Made by a program: the position numbers and the translations under genes. This document shows positions 22,718 through 32,039 of a stretch of DNA of 64,000 bases, piece by piece. How positions within the stretch are numbered: the stretch's first letter is position 1; each line of letters begins with the position of its first letter. The stretch is from an uncultured Actinomycetes bacterium (GTDB taxonomy: Bacteria; Actinomycetota; Acidimicrobiia; IMCC26256; PALSA-610), in assembly GCA_963708105.1 (NCBI GenBank), contig OY970186.1:751790-815789 (forward strand). The letters are read 5' to 3'. The notes below the pieces were generated by a model, which saw only the letters and a list, made by a program, of their open reading frames with translations, was not told the DNA's origin and searched no databases.

Positions 22718-23885
22718 CTACGGCGAGTGGGTCACCGTGACCGTGGCACCGAGTCCGGCGACGGCTTCCGTGCTGAGCCCGACGGGCTGCGGATCGATGT
22801 GCAGAGCCCACCGGAAGAACCCGACGCTCAGCTGGTTGATGGCCGGGAACGCCGTCTCGGGATGCGGGTGATCGGCCGTGCAACCGTCGGAGCCGAGCTT
22901 CAACAAGGCCGGCGGGATGGGCAGGTTGATGGCCTTCACGATGCCGATGACGCCGCCCTCGCTGCGCCCGATCAGACAGATGTCGGAGAAGACGAGGTGG
23001 CCCGCCTTGGCGATCTGCACGAGGTACTTCGGGTCGTTCATTCCGTCGTAGACCTTGACAGTCTGCGCCGGCGGGATGACGCCGTCGGTCGTGCCGAGCA
23101 TCACCATCCCGGGCTTCGTCGGCGGCTCGGGCGCGCGGATCGGTCTGCCCGCCGAATCCGACCGAGTAGGAGATCCATGCCTTCACGCGCGGATCGACGG
23201 ACGCGAACTCGTACGCGGCGCCCGCACCGGCGGAGTGGCCCGCGGCGACGACGCGCTGCGGGTCGACCAGACCGTGCAACACGCCGGCGCTCATCGACGC
23301 CTTCTCCACGAGCGCGAGCGTGGCCTGCAGTACTGCAACGTCGGTCGACTTCGGAACTCCGGCGGACGCGGTACCGAGTAGGCCGTCGAGTGATCGTTCG
23401 ACGTGATCCGGCGCGGCAACGACAAACCCCCACGACGCGAGATGCGTCGTCAGCGACACCGACTGTTCCGGATAGCCCGCGTAGCCGTGACTGAACACGA
23501 CCAACGGATAGTTGCCCGGCGTGGTGGCCGGCGGCGCGTCCTGGAACGCATCGCTCTTGTAGAGCACGCGATCCTTGGCCGGGATCTTCGCCTGCAGCGC
23601 GGGCGACAAGAGACTGGCGAGGTCGATCGTCTCCTGCGGGTGTCCGGCCGTGGTCGACGGATCGGCGGGGTACCAGACGACGACGCGTCGTCCGCCCGCG
23701 AGATGCAACGTGGTGAAGCCGACCCCGAATGATCCCTTCACCGCGTAGGGCGCGGGATTCGCCGGAGCGGCGGTTGTCGTCGGACCGGCCGGATTCGCCG
23801 TCGACTTCGACGAACTACTGCACGCCGACGCGACGAGCGCGATGGCAACGGTGGCGACGGCGAGAATGCGACTCGGGGTTTTCAC
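22718..23885 (-). CDS. Lipoprotein alpha/beta hydrolase; apparent frameshift ~23135
   Basis: Lipobox VASAC, PLVVFSHG, LASWGFVVAAPDH, GHSAG, GHLVFSDIC. Confidence 0.82.
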
Positions 23886-23930
23886 CGAGGGAGTCTGTCA
23901 CGCGCTGACGGTCGTCTGTCGATCGCACGA

Positions 23931-23958
23931 ATCAGACCGACTTAGACCGACTCAGACG
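23931..23958. repeat. 10-bp tandem repeat x3 at rsfS stop
   Basis: ATCAGACCGA CTTAGACCGA CTCAGACG. Confidence 0.7.
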
Positions 23959-24343
23959 GCAGCCGCGCCGTTCCAGACGATCCGGGCCGCGTCGGCCCAC
24001 AATCGCTCGAGCCCGTAGAACTCGCGCGTCTCTTCCAAGAACACATGCACGACGAGGTCGCCGTAGTCGAGCAGCACCCACGTGAGATCGTCGAGACCCT
24101 CGATGGCGCGGGGCTTCACGCCCGCCGCTCGAGGAGTTGCGCCTTCACCTCGTCGACGATCGCGCGCACGAGGCGCGGGTTGGAGGCGTGCGTGATCACG
24201 AACGCGTCGATGATCCCCATGATGTCGGCGACGTCGAGGACGAGGATGTCCTCGCCCTTCTTGTCGTCGGCCGCGCGCGCAGCCAGGCGCGCCCGTTCGG
24301 TGCTGGTCGTGCTGGGAACATCGGTGCGGGAAGCTTCGGTCAC
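23952..24343 (-). CDS. rsfS: Ribosome silencing factor; apparent frameshift ~24125; may start at 24544
   Basis: [39 protein letters not shown]. Confidence 0.92.
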
Positions 24344-24543
24344 GGAATCCTCTGCGGGTCGACGAATGGAACCGACGATGCGGCCGTGCTCGGCGAGGAC
24401 GCGGTGCGTGTTCTCCCACGCGCGTCGCGTACCGAAGTGCGCCGCTACCAGTCCCAAGATCGCGGCAACCAGCACGACCGCCAACTCGGCCAGTCGTTCG
24501 CGCTTACGACGACGCTTGGGGGTCGTCGCAGGCGCTCGGGTCA

Positions 24544-25123
24544 TCAGACGCCAGTGTAGAGACCGCGGGACCGAATACCGCGCCGCCGGGGGTGGAACGA
24601 GGAAGTCGACGGATTCGCCGGCCACGATACGGCGCCGCAAATCGGTCGAAGAAACGTCGAGCCTGGGCATGTGGACCCGAACGGTGCGCCAGCCCGGAGG
24701 CGGGGTCGACGGCGCGACGTCCTCCCGATCGACGAGCGCGAGCGTCACCGCGCCCCGGAGCTCGTCGGCCCGGTGCCAGCCGTCGATCGACGCCGCGACA
24801 TCACTGCCCACAATGAGGAACAGTTCACTTTCGGGCATCTGGGCGCGCAGGGTGTCGACCGTGTCGACGGTGTACGTCGGGCCCGCGCGATCGATCTCGA
24901 GCCGACAGGGTTCGAGGCGTTCGACGCCTTCGATCGCGCCGACAACCATGTCGAACCGGCTTTCGGCCGGGGCGCAGACCCGGCCCTTCTTCTGCCAGGG
25001 ATCACCGGCCACCACTACCAGGACCCGGGCGAGTTCCAGCTGGTCGCGGGCGGCGGCCGCGGCGGCGAGGTGTGCGACGTGAACCGGGTCGAACGTGCCG
25101 CCGAGGATCCCGAGGCGCTCCAC
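24544..25123 (-). CDS. nadD: Nicotinate-nucleotide adenylyltransferase; apparent frameshift ~24577 (true end IRSRGLYTGV*)
   Basis: GILGGTFDPVHVAH, GPTYTVDT, LIVGSD, VSSTDLRRR. Confidence 0.93.
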
Positions 25124-25203
25124 CGGGCGAGTGTACGAGAAGGCCCTGTGAACGGCGTGTTGCGTACGCTCCTCCGGCCGTCAGCGCGTCGTAACCTTTC
25201 GGG

Positions 25204-25839
25204 GTGCCGAGTCTTGTCGTGCGCGTCTGGCTTCCTGATCGACCGGGTGCACTCGGTCTCGTCGCGTCACGTATCGGCGCGATCGGCGGAGACATCGTCG
25301 GTATCGACGTGCTGGAACGCAGCGAACACGTCGCCGTCGACGAGTTCGCCGTGCTGCTCCCCGATCGCGATCTCGTCTCGTTGCTCGTCCGCGAGATCGA
25401 GGAGGTCGACGGCGCATCGGTCGAGGAATGGCGTGAGGTGGCCACGTTCCCCGACCCGCGTCTCGACGCGCTCGAATCGGTCGAACACCTCTCCGGCGCG
25501 ACATCGCGCAACGAGCTCACGCAACGCCTCGTCGACAGTGTGCGCGAGGAGTTTTCCGCCGACTGGGCGGTGATGTTGCACGGCAACGTCGCGCTCGCGA
25601 CATCGGGCGCCGAGGTCCCCGATCCGTCGGTACTGGAAGCACTCGCCGCGGGAACCGCCGCGTCGCCGATCGTCGCCGCGGGCGACGCCGGCCCCGACGA
25701 TCTTGCGGTCGCGCCCCTCCCGAACGGCGATGTCGTGTTGCTCGTCGGCCGCGACGGACACCCGTTCCGCCGCCGCGAACGTCGCCAACTCCTCGCCCTC
25801 GCCCGCATCGCCGACCGCGTCGGCACAATCCTGGGCTAG
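25204..25839 (+). CDS. ACT domain-containing protein
   Basis: LPDRPGALGLVASRIGAIGGDI; TAACCT 6 nt before GTG. Confidence 0.8.
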   Translation: MPSLVVRVWLPDRPGALGLVASRIGAIGGDIVGIDVLERSEHVAVDEFAVLLPDRDLVSLLVREIEEVDGASVEEWREVATFPDPRLDALESVEHLSGATSRNELTQRLVDSVREEFSADWAVMLHGNVALATSGAEVPDPSVLEALAAGTAASPIVAAGDAGPDDLAVAPLPNGDVVLLVGRDGHPFRRRERRQLLALARIADRVGTILG

Positions 25840-25880
25840 ACAGCGGCATCGCCGATCGCGTCGGCCCAATCCTGGGCTAA
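25805..25880 (+). repeat. 35-bp tandem duplication of the ACT gene 3' end
   Basis: 25805-25839 vs 25846-25880, 32/35 identical. Confidence 0.9.
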
Positions 25881-25948
25881 AGGAGCGACAGCGGAGCCTG
25901 TGCCAATACTCGCGAAGCCGCTCTGGCACAGGCGCAGCGCGAGCGACC
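25881..25948. repeat. 68-nt structured dispersed repeat, copy A
   Basis: 54/68 identical to reverse complement of 60831-60898; 10-bp stem GCCTGTGCCA/TGGCACAGGC. Confidence 0.85.
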
Positions 25949-25953
25949 AATTT

Positions 25954-26931
25954 TCATCTTGCGTTTTCGTCGAGCTCTTTGTCGAGGCGTTGGTAGTGCT
26001 CGTAGCGCGCGGGGTCGAGCGCGCCGGAGGCGATCGCGGCTTGTACCGCGCAGTCGGGCTCGGGTCCGTGTGAGCAGTTCTTGAACCGGCACTGCGCGGC
26101 GAGGGCTTCGATGTCGGAGAACACGCGGCTCAGGCCGTCGTCGGCATCCCACAGCGCGACCGAACGCAGACCGGGCGTGTCGACGAGCCAGCCGCCGCCC
26201 GGCAGCGCGACCAACTCGCGCGCGGTGGTGGTGTGGCGGCCGCGCTGATCGTTCGTGCGCACCTCCCCGACCGCCTGCACCGTGTCGCCGACGAGCCCGT
26301 TCACGAGCCGCGACTTCCCCACTCCGGACGCACCGATGAGCGCGATGGTCCGATCGGGATGCGCAAATCCGCGCAGCCGCTCGAGCCCGGCGCCGGTGAC
26401 CGCGCTCGTCGCCACGACCTCCACTCCGGCGGCCGCACCGCGCGCCAACTCGACCGCGCGCTCTACTGCGTCGGCATCGACCAGATCGGCCTTGGAAAGC
26501 ACCACGATCGGCACGGCACCGCTCTCGAATGCGAGGACGAGCTCGCGTTCGAGCCGCCGCATGTTCGGGCCGTTGTTCAACGCCTGCACCACGAATACGA
26601 GGTCGACGTTGGCGGCCACGACCTGCGGGCGACGCGCCCGGCCTTCCCCTGCGTCGCCGCGGACGAACGCCGAACGACGCGGTAACGCGGCCGCCACCTT
26701 GCCGTCCGCGACGAGGATCCAGTCGCCCGTTGCGACGGTGTGTCCCGCGAGCTGGGCGCGCACGGTACCGGCCGCGGTCAGCACCGTGGCCCACCCGCGG
26801 TCGACGCGCGCGACGCGTCCGGGAACCGCGTCGGGACGGGACAACGCCGCGGCTGCCGCCGCGAAATCCGCGTCCCAGCCCAGGCTGGTCAGGGCGACGG
26901 GTGCCGTCGCCGGGTCTTCCGTCGCCGGCAT
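25954..26931 (-). CDS. rsgA: Ribosome small subunit-dependent GTPase A
   Basis: AANVD, SKAD, GASGVGKS, GRHTT, DTPG, CRFKNCSHGPEPDCAV. Confidence 0.93.
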   Translation of the reverse strand: MPATEDPATAPVALTSLGWDADFAAAAAALSRPDAVPGRVARVDRGWATVLTAAGTVRAQLAGHTVATGDWILVADGKVAAALPRRSAFVRGDAGEGRARRPQVVAANVDLVFVVQALNNGPNMRRLERELVLAFESGAVPIVVLSKADLVDADAVERAVELARGAAAGVEVVATSAVTGAGLERLRGFAHPDRTIALIGASGVGKSRLVNGLVGDTVQAVGEVRTNDQRGRHTTTARELVALPGGGWLVDTPGLRSVALWDADDGLSRVFSDIEALAAQCRFKNCSHGPEPDCAVQAAIASGALDPARYEHYQRLDKELDENAR

Positions 26932-26937
26932 CGATCC

Positions 26938-26947
26938 AGCGTACGCT
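26938..26947. promoter_or_regulatory. Symmetric bidirectional -10 (AGCGTACGCT) for rsgA and GNAT gene
   Basis: TACGCT on each strand, each exactly 6 nt before an ATG. Confidence 0.75.
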
Positions 26948-26953
26948 CGCACC

Positions 26954-27583
26954 ATGGCCGCCCGAACCTTCGACGTGGACCGCCTGAATCCCGCCGACAA
27001 CTCGGCGGTCATCGCCGCGCTGGCGCGCGCGTTCTACGACGACCCGCTGTTCGGCTACTTCCTGCCCGACCTCGTCGCGCAGAGCAAAGGCCTGCTCTCG
27101 TACATGCACGCCGCGCTCGCCGACGCGGCTCCCTTCGGCGACGTGTGGGTCGCACGCACCGACGGCAAGATCGCGGCGACCGCCGCGTGGCTACCGCCCG
27201 GCACCTACCCGCGTTCGGTCCGGCGCGAGCTCATGACCAACCTGCGTGGCGCGCCCGCGTTCGTCGCGCACCGGCCGGCGGCTCGGGGGCGCATTCCGTC
27301 TGCTCGCCGCGCTCGACGGCGTGCACCACGAGGTGAAGGAACCGCACTACTACCTGAGCCTGCTCGGTACCGACCCGCTCTACCAGCGGAGCGGCGCGGG
27401 GAGCGCGGCCATCCAGCCCGTCCTCGACGCATGCGACGCGCAAGGACTCACCGCGTACCTCGAGACGCAGAAGGAAGCGAACCTCGCGTACTACCGCGCC
27501 ACGCCTTCGAGCTCATGCGCAAGACGGAAGTCACGGGAGTCCCGCCGGTGTGGACGATGATCCGCCGACCCAAATCCGCCTGA
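26954..27583 (+). CDS. GNAT family N-acetyltransferase; apparent frameshifts ~27268 and ~27497
   Basis: LARAFYDDP, HYYLSLLGTDP..QRSGAGSA, AYLET..NLAYY. Confidence 0.85.
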   Translation: MAARTFDVDRLNPADNSAVIAALARAFYDDPLFGYFLPDLVAQSKGLLSYMHAALADAAPFGDVWVARTDGKIAATAAWLPPGTYPRSVRRELMTNLRGAPAFVAHRPAARGRIPSARRARRRAPRGEGTALLPEPARYRPALPAERRGERGHPARPRRMRRARTHRVPRDAEGSEPRVLPRHAFELMRKTEVTGVPPVWTMIRRPKSA

Positions 27584-27608
27584 CCGGGAGCGACCGGCCG
27601 CGACCGGC

Positions 27609-29067
27609 TCAGGCTTCGACCACGTCGGCGACGAACTTCTGCAGCTGGCGCAGGTTGCGGACCTCGTACACGCCATCGCAGTACGGCGCGTATTCCGACA
27701 CGATGGAGTCGCCGGTGTCCCAGTAGCCGCGCGGCTCGGGATCGAGCCAGAACACCTTGCGGGCGCGCTTCTGCATCTCGGCCACGGTCCAGGCCTGCGA
27801 CACGTGGTAGTTGTTGCGCGCGTCGCCGAGCAGGATCACTGACGACTTCTTCGTCACCTCACGGATGTGTCGCTCGTGCCACACCTCGAACGCGTGCCCG
27901 TAGTCGCTGTGACCGTCGACCCACACGACATCGGCTTCGGTGTTGACACGATGGATCGCCTCGCTCAACTCCTGCGACTCGTCGAAGAAGCGGGTCACCT
28001 CGTCGACACCGTCGATGAAGACCCATGAGCGCACCTTGGAGAACTCGCTCTGCATGGCGTAGACGAACTGCAACGTGAACCGCGCGAACGATGCGACCGA
28101 ACCCGAGATGTCGGCGACGACCATGATCTCGGGCTTCGACGGTCGGGGGCGCTTGAACTTCGGTTCGACGGGAACGCCACCGAACGACATGGAGTGCCGA
28201 ACCGTCTGACGGAAGTCGAGCTGCCCGCGCCGACGATGGCGGCGGCGTTGTGCGAGGCGCGCGGCCAGGGCCCGAGTGAGCGGGTAGATCGCCTTCTGCA
28301 GCATCTGCATCTCTTCGCGCGACGCGTGCATGAAGTCGACGTCTTCCGGCAACGGCTTGCGCAGCGTGCGTGCCATCGCCTCGACCCCGCGGTCGGCGAC
28401 GAGGCGCTTGCGGATCTCGGCCTCGATCATCTCCTTCAAGACCTTGAGCCGGCCCTCGAAGTCTTCCTTGGCGAGCCGTTCGTCGAACGCTCCTTCGCCG
28501 ATCTGCTCACCCTCTTGCGCCTTGGCCATCATCTTCGTGACGAGACCGTCGGCGTCGAGCTGTCGGAGCGTGCGATAGAGGTAATACGCGCCGCCGACCG
28601 GTCGGCCCGGCTCCATGCCCGCGTAACCGCGCGACCGCGGCTCCCGCGAGCAGACGCATCTCGTTCTGGTCCATGCGCATCAGGGCGTCGAGGAGCATCT
28701 GCGCGAGCTCCTCGTTCGACACCTGACTCATCGCGCCGCCCTGATCCATCGCGGCGCGCAGCTCTTCGAAGTTGGCCTGGGTCTCGGCGTCGAAATCCGC
28801 CTCGCCCTCCGCGTTCACGCCCGGCGAGAACATCGAGAAGAACACCTCGAACACCGTGTCGAACACGCGGTAGTGGCCGGCGTTCTTCACCAACGTCGCC
28901 CCGAGCGCGGCCTTGAACGACGCGCGGTCGTCGAGCGGCACGTACTCGATGGCGCGCATCGCGTCGAGGTTCTCGGTCATCGAGACGGGCAGGCCCGCGG
29001 TGCGCAGCTCGTGCACGAAACCCTGCAACACGTCGAGCATGTGCGGCTCGGCGGGCAGAGCCGTCAT
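27609..29067 (-). CDS. VWA domain CoxE-like protein; apparent frameshift ~28627
   Basis: F..ELR.AGLPVS, MIDAS DISGS, GHSDYG, LGDARNNY, W.DPEP. Confidence 0.88.
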
Positions 29068-29951
29068 TTCTTGATGACCGCGGGCGCGTCGACGCCGAGC
29101 TCCTTGCGGGCCTTGGCGATGTCGCTCTGGTACTTGAGCAACACGTGCAGCGTGTCGCCGAGCACCTCGGGCGTGATCTCGTTGCGGCCGAGGAACACCA
29201 ACGTGCGGGCCCAGTCGATCGTCTCGGAGATCGACGGCGACTTCTTCAAGTCGATGTTGCGAATCGAGTTGACGACCTTGGCGATCTGTTGCGCCAGCGC
29301 GTCGTCGACCTCGGGCACGCGCACCCGCACGATCTCCTTCTCGCGGTCGATGTCCGGGTAGTCGATGTGCAAGAACAGGCAGCGGCGCTTCAACGCCTCC
29401 GACAGCTCACGGGTGTTGTTCGAAGTGAGGAACACCATCGGGATCTGCTTGCCGGTGATGGTGCCGAGCTCCGGGATCGAGACCTGGAAGTCGGAGAGCA
29501 CCTCGAGCAGCAAGGCCTCGGTCTCGATCTCGACGCGGTCGACTTCGTCGATGAGCAACACCACGGGCTCGTCGGCCCGGATCGCTTCGAGGAGCGGGCG
29601 GGTCAACAGGAACTGCTCGGAGAAGATGTCGGACTCGACGGTCTCCCAGTCGCGCTCGTGCTCACGATCGGCCTGGATGCGCAGCAGCTGCTTCTTGTAG
29701 TTCCACTCGTAGATGGCCTTCGACTCGTCGAGACCCTCGTAGCACTGCAAGCGAATCAAGCGCGCGCCGAGCGTTTCGGCCACGGCCTTGGCGAGCTCGG
29801 TCTTGCCGACGCCCGCGGGCCCTTCGACGAGCACGGGCTTGCCGAGCCGGTCGGCGAGGAACACCACGCCGGCAATGCTCGAGTCGGACAGATAATTGAC
29901 TTCCCGCAGCCGCGTGGCTGTCGCGTCGACGGATGCGAACCGTTCGCCCAT
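29064..29951 (-). CDS. MoxR family AAA+ ATPase (CoxD-like)
   Basis: EGPAGVGKTE, RLQCYEGLD, LLIDEVD, LSEALKRRC. Confidence 0.92.
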   Translation of the reverse strand: MGERFASVDATATRLREVNYLSDSSIAGVVFLADRLGKPVLVEGPAGVGKTELAKAVAETLGARLIRLQCYEGLDESKAIYEWNYKKQLLRIQADREHERDWETVESDIFSEQFLLTRPLLEAIRADEPVVLLIDEVDRVEIETEALLLEVLSDFQVSIPELGTITGKQIPMVFLTSNNTRELSEALKRRCLFLHIDYPDIDREKEIVRVRVPEVDDALAQQIAKVVNSIRNIDLKKSPSISETIDWARTLVFLGRNEITPEVLGDTLHVLLKYQSDIAKARKELGVDAPAVIKK

Positions 29952-31198
29952 TACTCCCGTACCTGCCCTTCACCCCAGATGACATATTTGTATGTGGTCA
30001 GTTCCCGCAGGCCCATCGGGCCGCGGGCGTGCAACTTCTGCGTCGAGATACCGATCTCGGCGCCGAAGCCGAACTCTTCGCCGTCGGTGAAACGCGTACT
30101 CGCGTTCACCACGACCGCCGCCGCGTCGACCTCGTGCGTGAAGCGGCGCGCCGCGTCGAGATCGCGGGTCAGGATCGCTTCGGTGTGCCCCGTGCCGTAT
30201 CGAGTGACGTGCGCGATCGCGCCGTCGAGATCGGGCGTGACGACCACCGACATCTTCAGGTCGGAGAACTCGCGGCCGAAGTCGTCGTCGGCCGCGACGC
30301 CGATGTGCGCCGAACGGCGCTGGGCTTCGGCATCACCGACGAGCTCGACTCCCTGCGCGTGCAGCGCGTCGGCGACGCGCGGCACGAACGCGTCGGCCAC
30401 CGCCGCGTGCACGACGAGTGACTCCGCCGCGTTGCACACGCTGGGTCGCTGCGTCTTCGCGTTGACGACGATCTTGAGCGCGGCGTCGAGGTCGGCGGCC
30501 GCGTCGACGTACACGTGGCAGTTGCCGTCGCCGTCGATGATCACGGGGACCTTGGCATTGTCGCGAATGCTCTGGATGAGCGCGGGCCCGCCGCGCGGAA
30601 TGAGGCAGTCGACGTACTCCGTGAGCTGCATCACTTCGGTCGCCGTCGCGTAGGCGGTGTCCTCCACGAGGATCACCGCGTCGTCGGGCAGACCGTGCTT
30701 GACGAGCGCGTCGCGCAGCACTTGCGCCACCACGATGTTCGAACGCAACGCCGACGACGAACCGCGCAGGAGAGCGGCATTGCCCGCCTTCACGCACAGT
30801 CCCGCGGCATCGCTGGTGACGTTCGGACGGTTCTCGTAGATGATCGCCACAACCCCGAGCGGCACCCGCGTGCGCACGATCTCGAGCCCGTTGGGCCGGC
30901 GCCAACCGTCGAGCACCTCGCCGATCGGATCGGGCAACGCCGCGACCGTGCGCAGTCCGTTCGCCATCCCCTCGAGCCGCGTATCGGTGAGCCGGAGCCG
31001 GTCGAGCGGGCCTTCGCCCATGCCGGCTGCCTCGGCCGCGGCGAGGTCTGCTTCGTTGGCCGTGCGGATCTCGGCCGCCCGCTCGAGCAGCAGATCGGCC
31101 GCGGTGATCAGGGCCCCGTTCTTGGCCGGGGTCGGCGCCCCCGCGAGCAGCCGGCTGGCGGCCTTGGCCCGGCGACCGAGCTCCATGACGGGGGTCAT
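29951..31198 (-). CDS. proA: Gamma-glutamyl phosphate reductase
   Basis: VPLGVVAIIYENRPNVT, VCNAAE, NASTRFTDG, GISTQKLHARGPMGL. Confidence 0.96.
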   Translation of the reverse strand: MTPVMELGRRAKAASRLLAGAPTPAKNGALITAADLLLERAAEIRTANEADLAAAEAAGMGEGPLDRLRLTDTRLEGMANGLRTVAALPDPIGEVLDGWRRPNGLEIVRTRVPLGVVAIIYENRPNVTSDAAGLCVKAGNAALLRGSSSALRSNIVVAQVLRDALVKHGLPDDAVILVEDTAYATATEVMQLTEYVDCLIPRGGPALIQSIRDNAKVPVIIDGDGNCHVYVDAAADLDAALKIVVNAKTQRPSVCNAAESLVVHAAVADAFVPRVADALHAQGVELVGDAEAQRRSAHIGVAADDDFGREFSDLKMSVVVTPDLDGAIAHVTRYGTGHTEAILTRDLDAARRFTHEVDAAAVVVNASTRFTDGEEFGFGAEIGISTQKLHARGPMGLRELTTYKYVIWGEGQVRE

Positions 31199-31352
31199 CC
31201 GCCCAGGTTACCCCTTGACCGAACGGTCAAGTCTTGGCCTTTTCGTCCGGTAGCTCCCGGATACGAGGCCGCGGAACAGACGACGCAAGACTCTGGCGCG
31301 GCGGTGCAAGAGCCCGGGGCGCGTACCCGGCCCATCGCCCGGAGGAGGCGTC

Positions 31353-32039
31353 ATGCTCGCATCCGTCCACATCGCCGACCTCGGTCCGCGGCGCACGCTG
31401 GCGACCGTTACGCAGCGCAAGTCGCAGCTCACCGCGCCGGGTCTGCGCAACGCGCAGCTCGCGTTCGGGGCGCGCCTCGGCGGTTCGCTGTTGACCAAAC
31501 CCATCTTCGGCCGCGCCGCGTTGATCGCGTTCTGGGACGACGACGCGGCGATCGATCGATTTCTCGCCGAGTCACCAATCGCGCAGACGTTCGCCGGCGG
31601 CTGGCATGTCCGCCTCGAACCGTTGCGCACGTGGGGTTCGTGGCCCGGCCTACCCGAAGACGTACCGAAGGCGCGCAACGTCGAGCACGAGGGACCGGTC
31701 GCGGTGCTGACCATGGGCCGCACGCGCGTGAACCGGCTACCGGCCTTCCTGCGCGCCAGTGGAAAGGCCGAAGCCGCGTTCGCCGACGCGTCCGGACTCA
31801 AGTGGGCGAGCGCGCTCGTGCGCCCGCCGTTCGTCGCGACTTGCTCGCTGTGGGAGTCGTCCGACGCGAGCCGCGCCTACGCGTTCAGCGCCGGCCACGC
31901 GCACAACGACGCCATCGCCAAGGGTCGGGCCAAACCGTTCCACCACCAGGAGGCGTTCATCCGTTTCCGCCCGTACGGATCGGTGGGTCACCTCGACGGC
32001 CGCAACCCGCTCCCCGATTCGGTGGTCGCGGGTATCTAA
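31353..32039 (+). CDS. Spheroidene monooxygenase (CrtA)-like protein
   Basis: LEPLRTWGSWPG, GPVAVLT, HNDAI, FRPYGSVGHLDGRNPL resemble CrtA-like family (by recall); GGAGG RBS. Confidence 0.6.
   Translation: MLASVHIADLGPRRTLATVTQRKSQLTAPGLRNAQLAFGARLGGSLLTKPIFGRAALIAFWDDDAAIDRFLAESPIAQTFAGGWHVRLEPLRTWGSWPGLPEDVPKARNVEHEGPVAVLTMGRTRVNRLPAFLRASGKAEAAFADASGLKWASALVRPPFVATCSLWESSDASRAYAFSAGHAHNDAIAKGRAKPFHHQEAFIRFRPYGSVGHLDGRNPLPDSVVAGI

Noticed and set aside
3121-23950. Active prophage or integrative element at tRNA-Ala
   Set aside because: No integrase, phage or conjugation genes and no attR copy seen.
24116-25123. Apparent NadD-RsfS fusion
   Set aside because: A NadD-like end (IRSRGLYTGV*) lies in another frame after ~24577; only the TM-RsfS part remains an open question.
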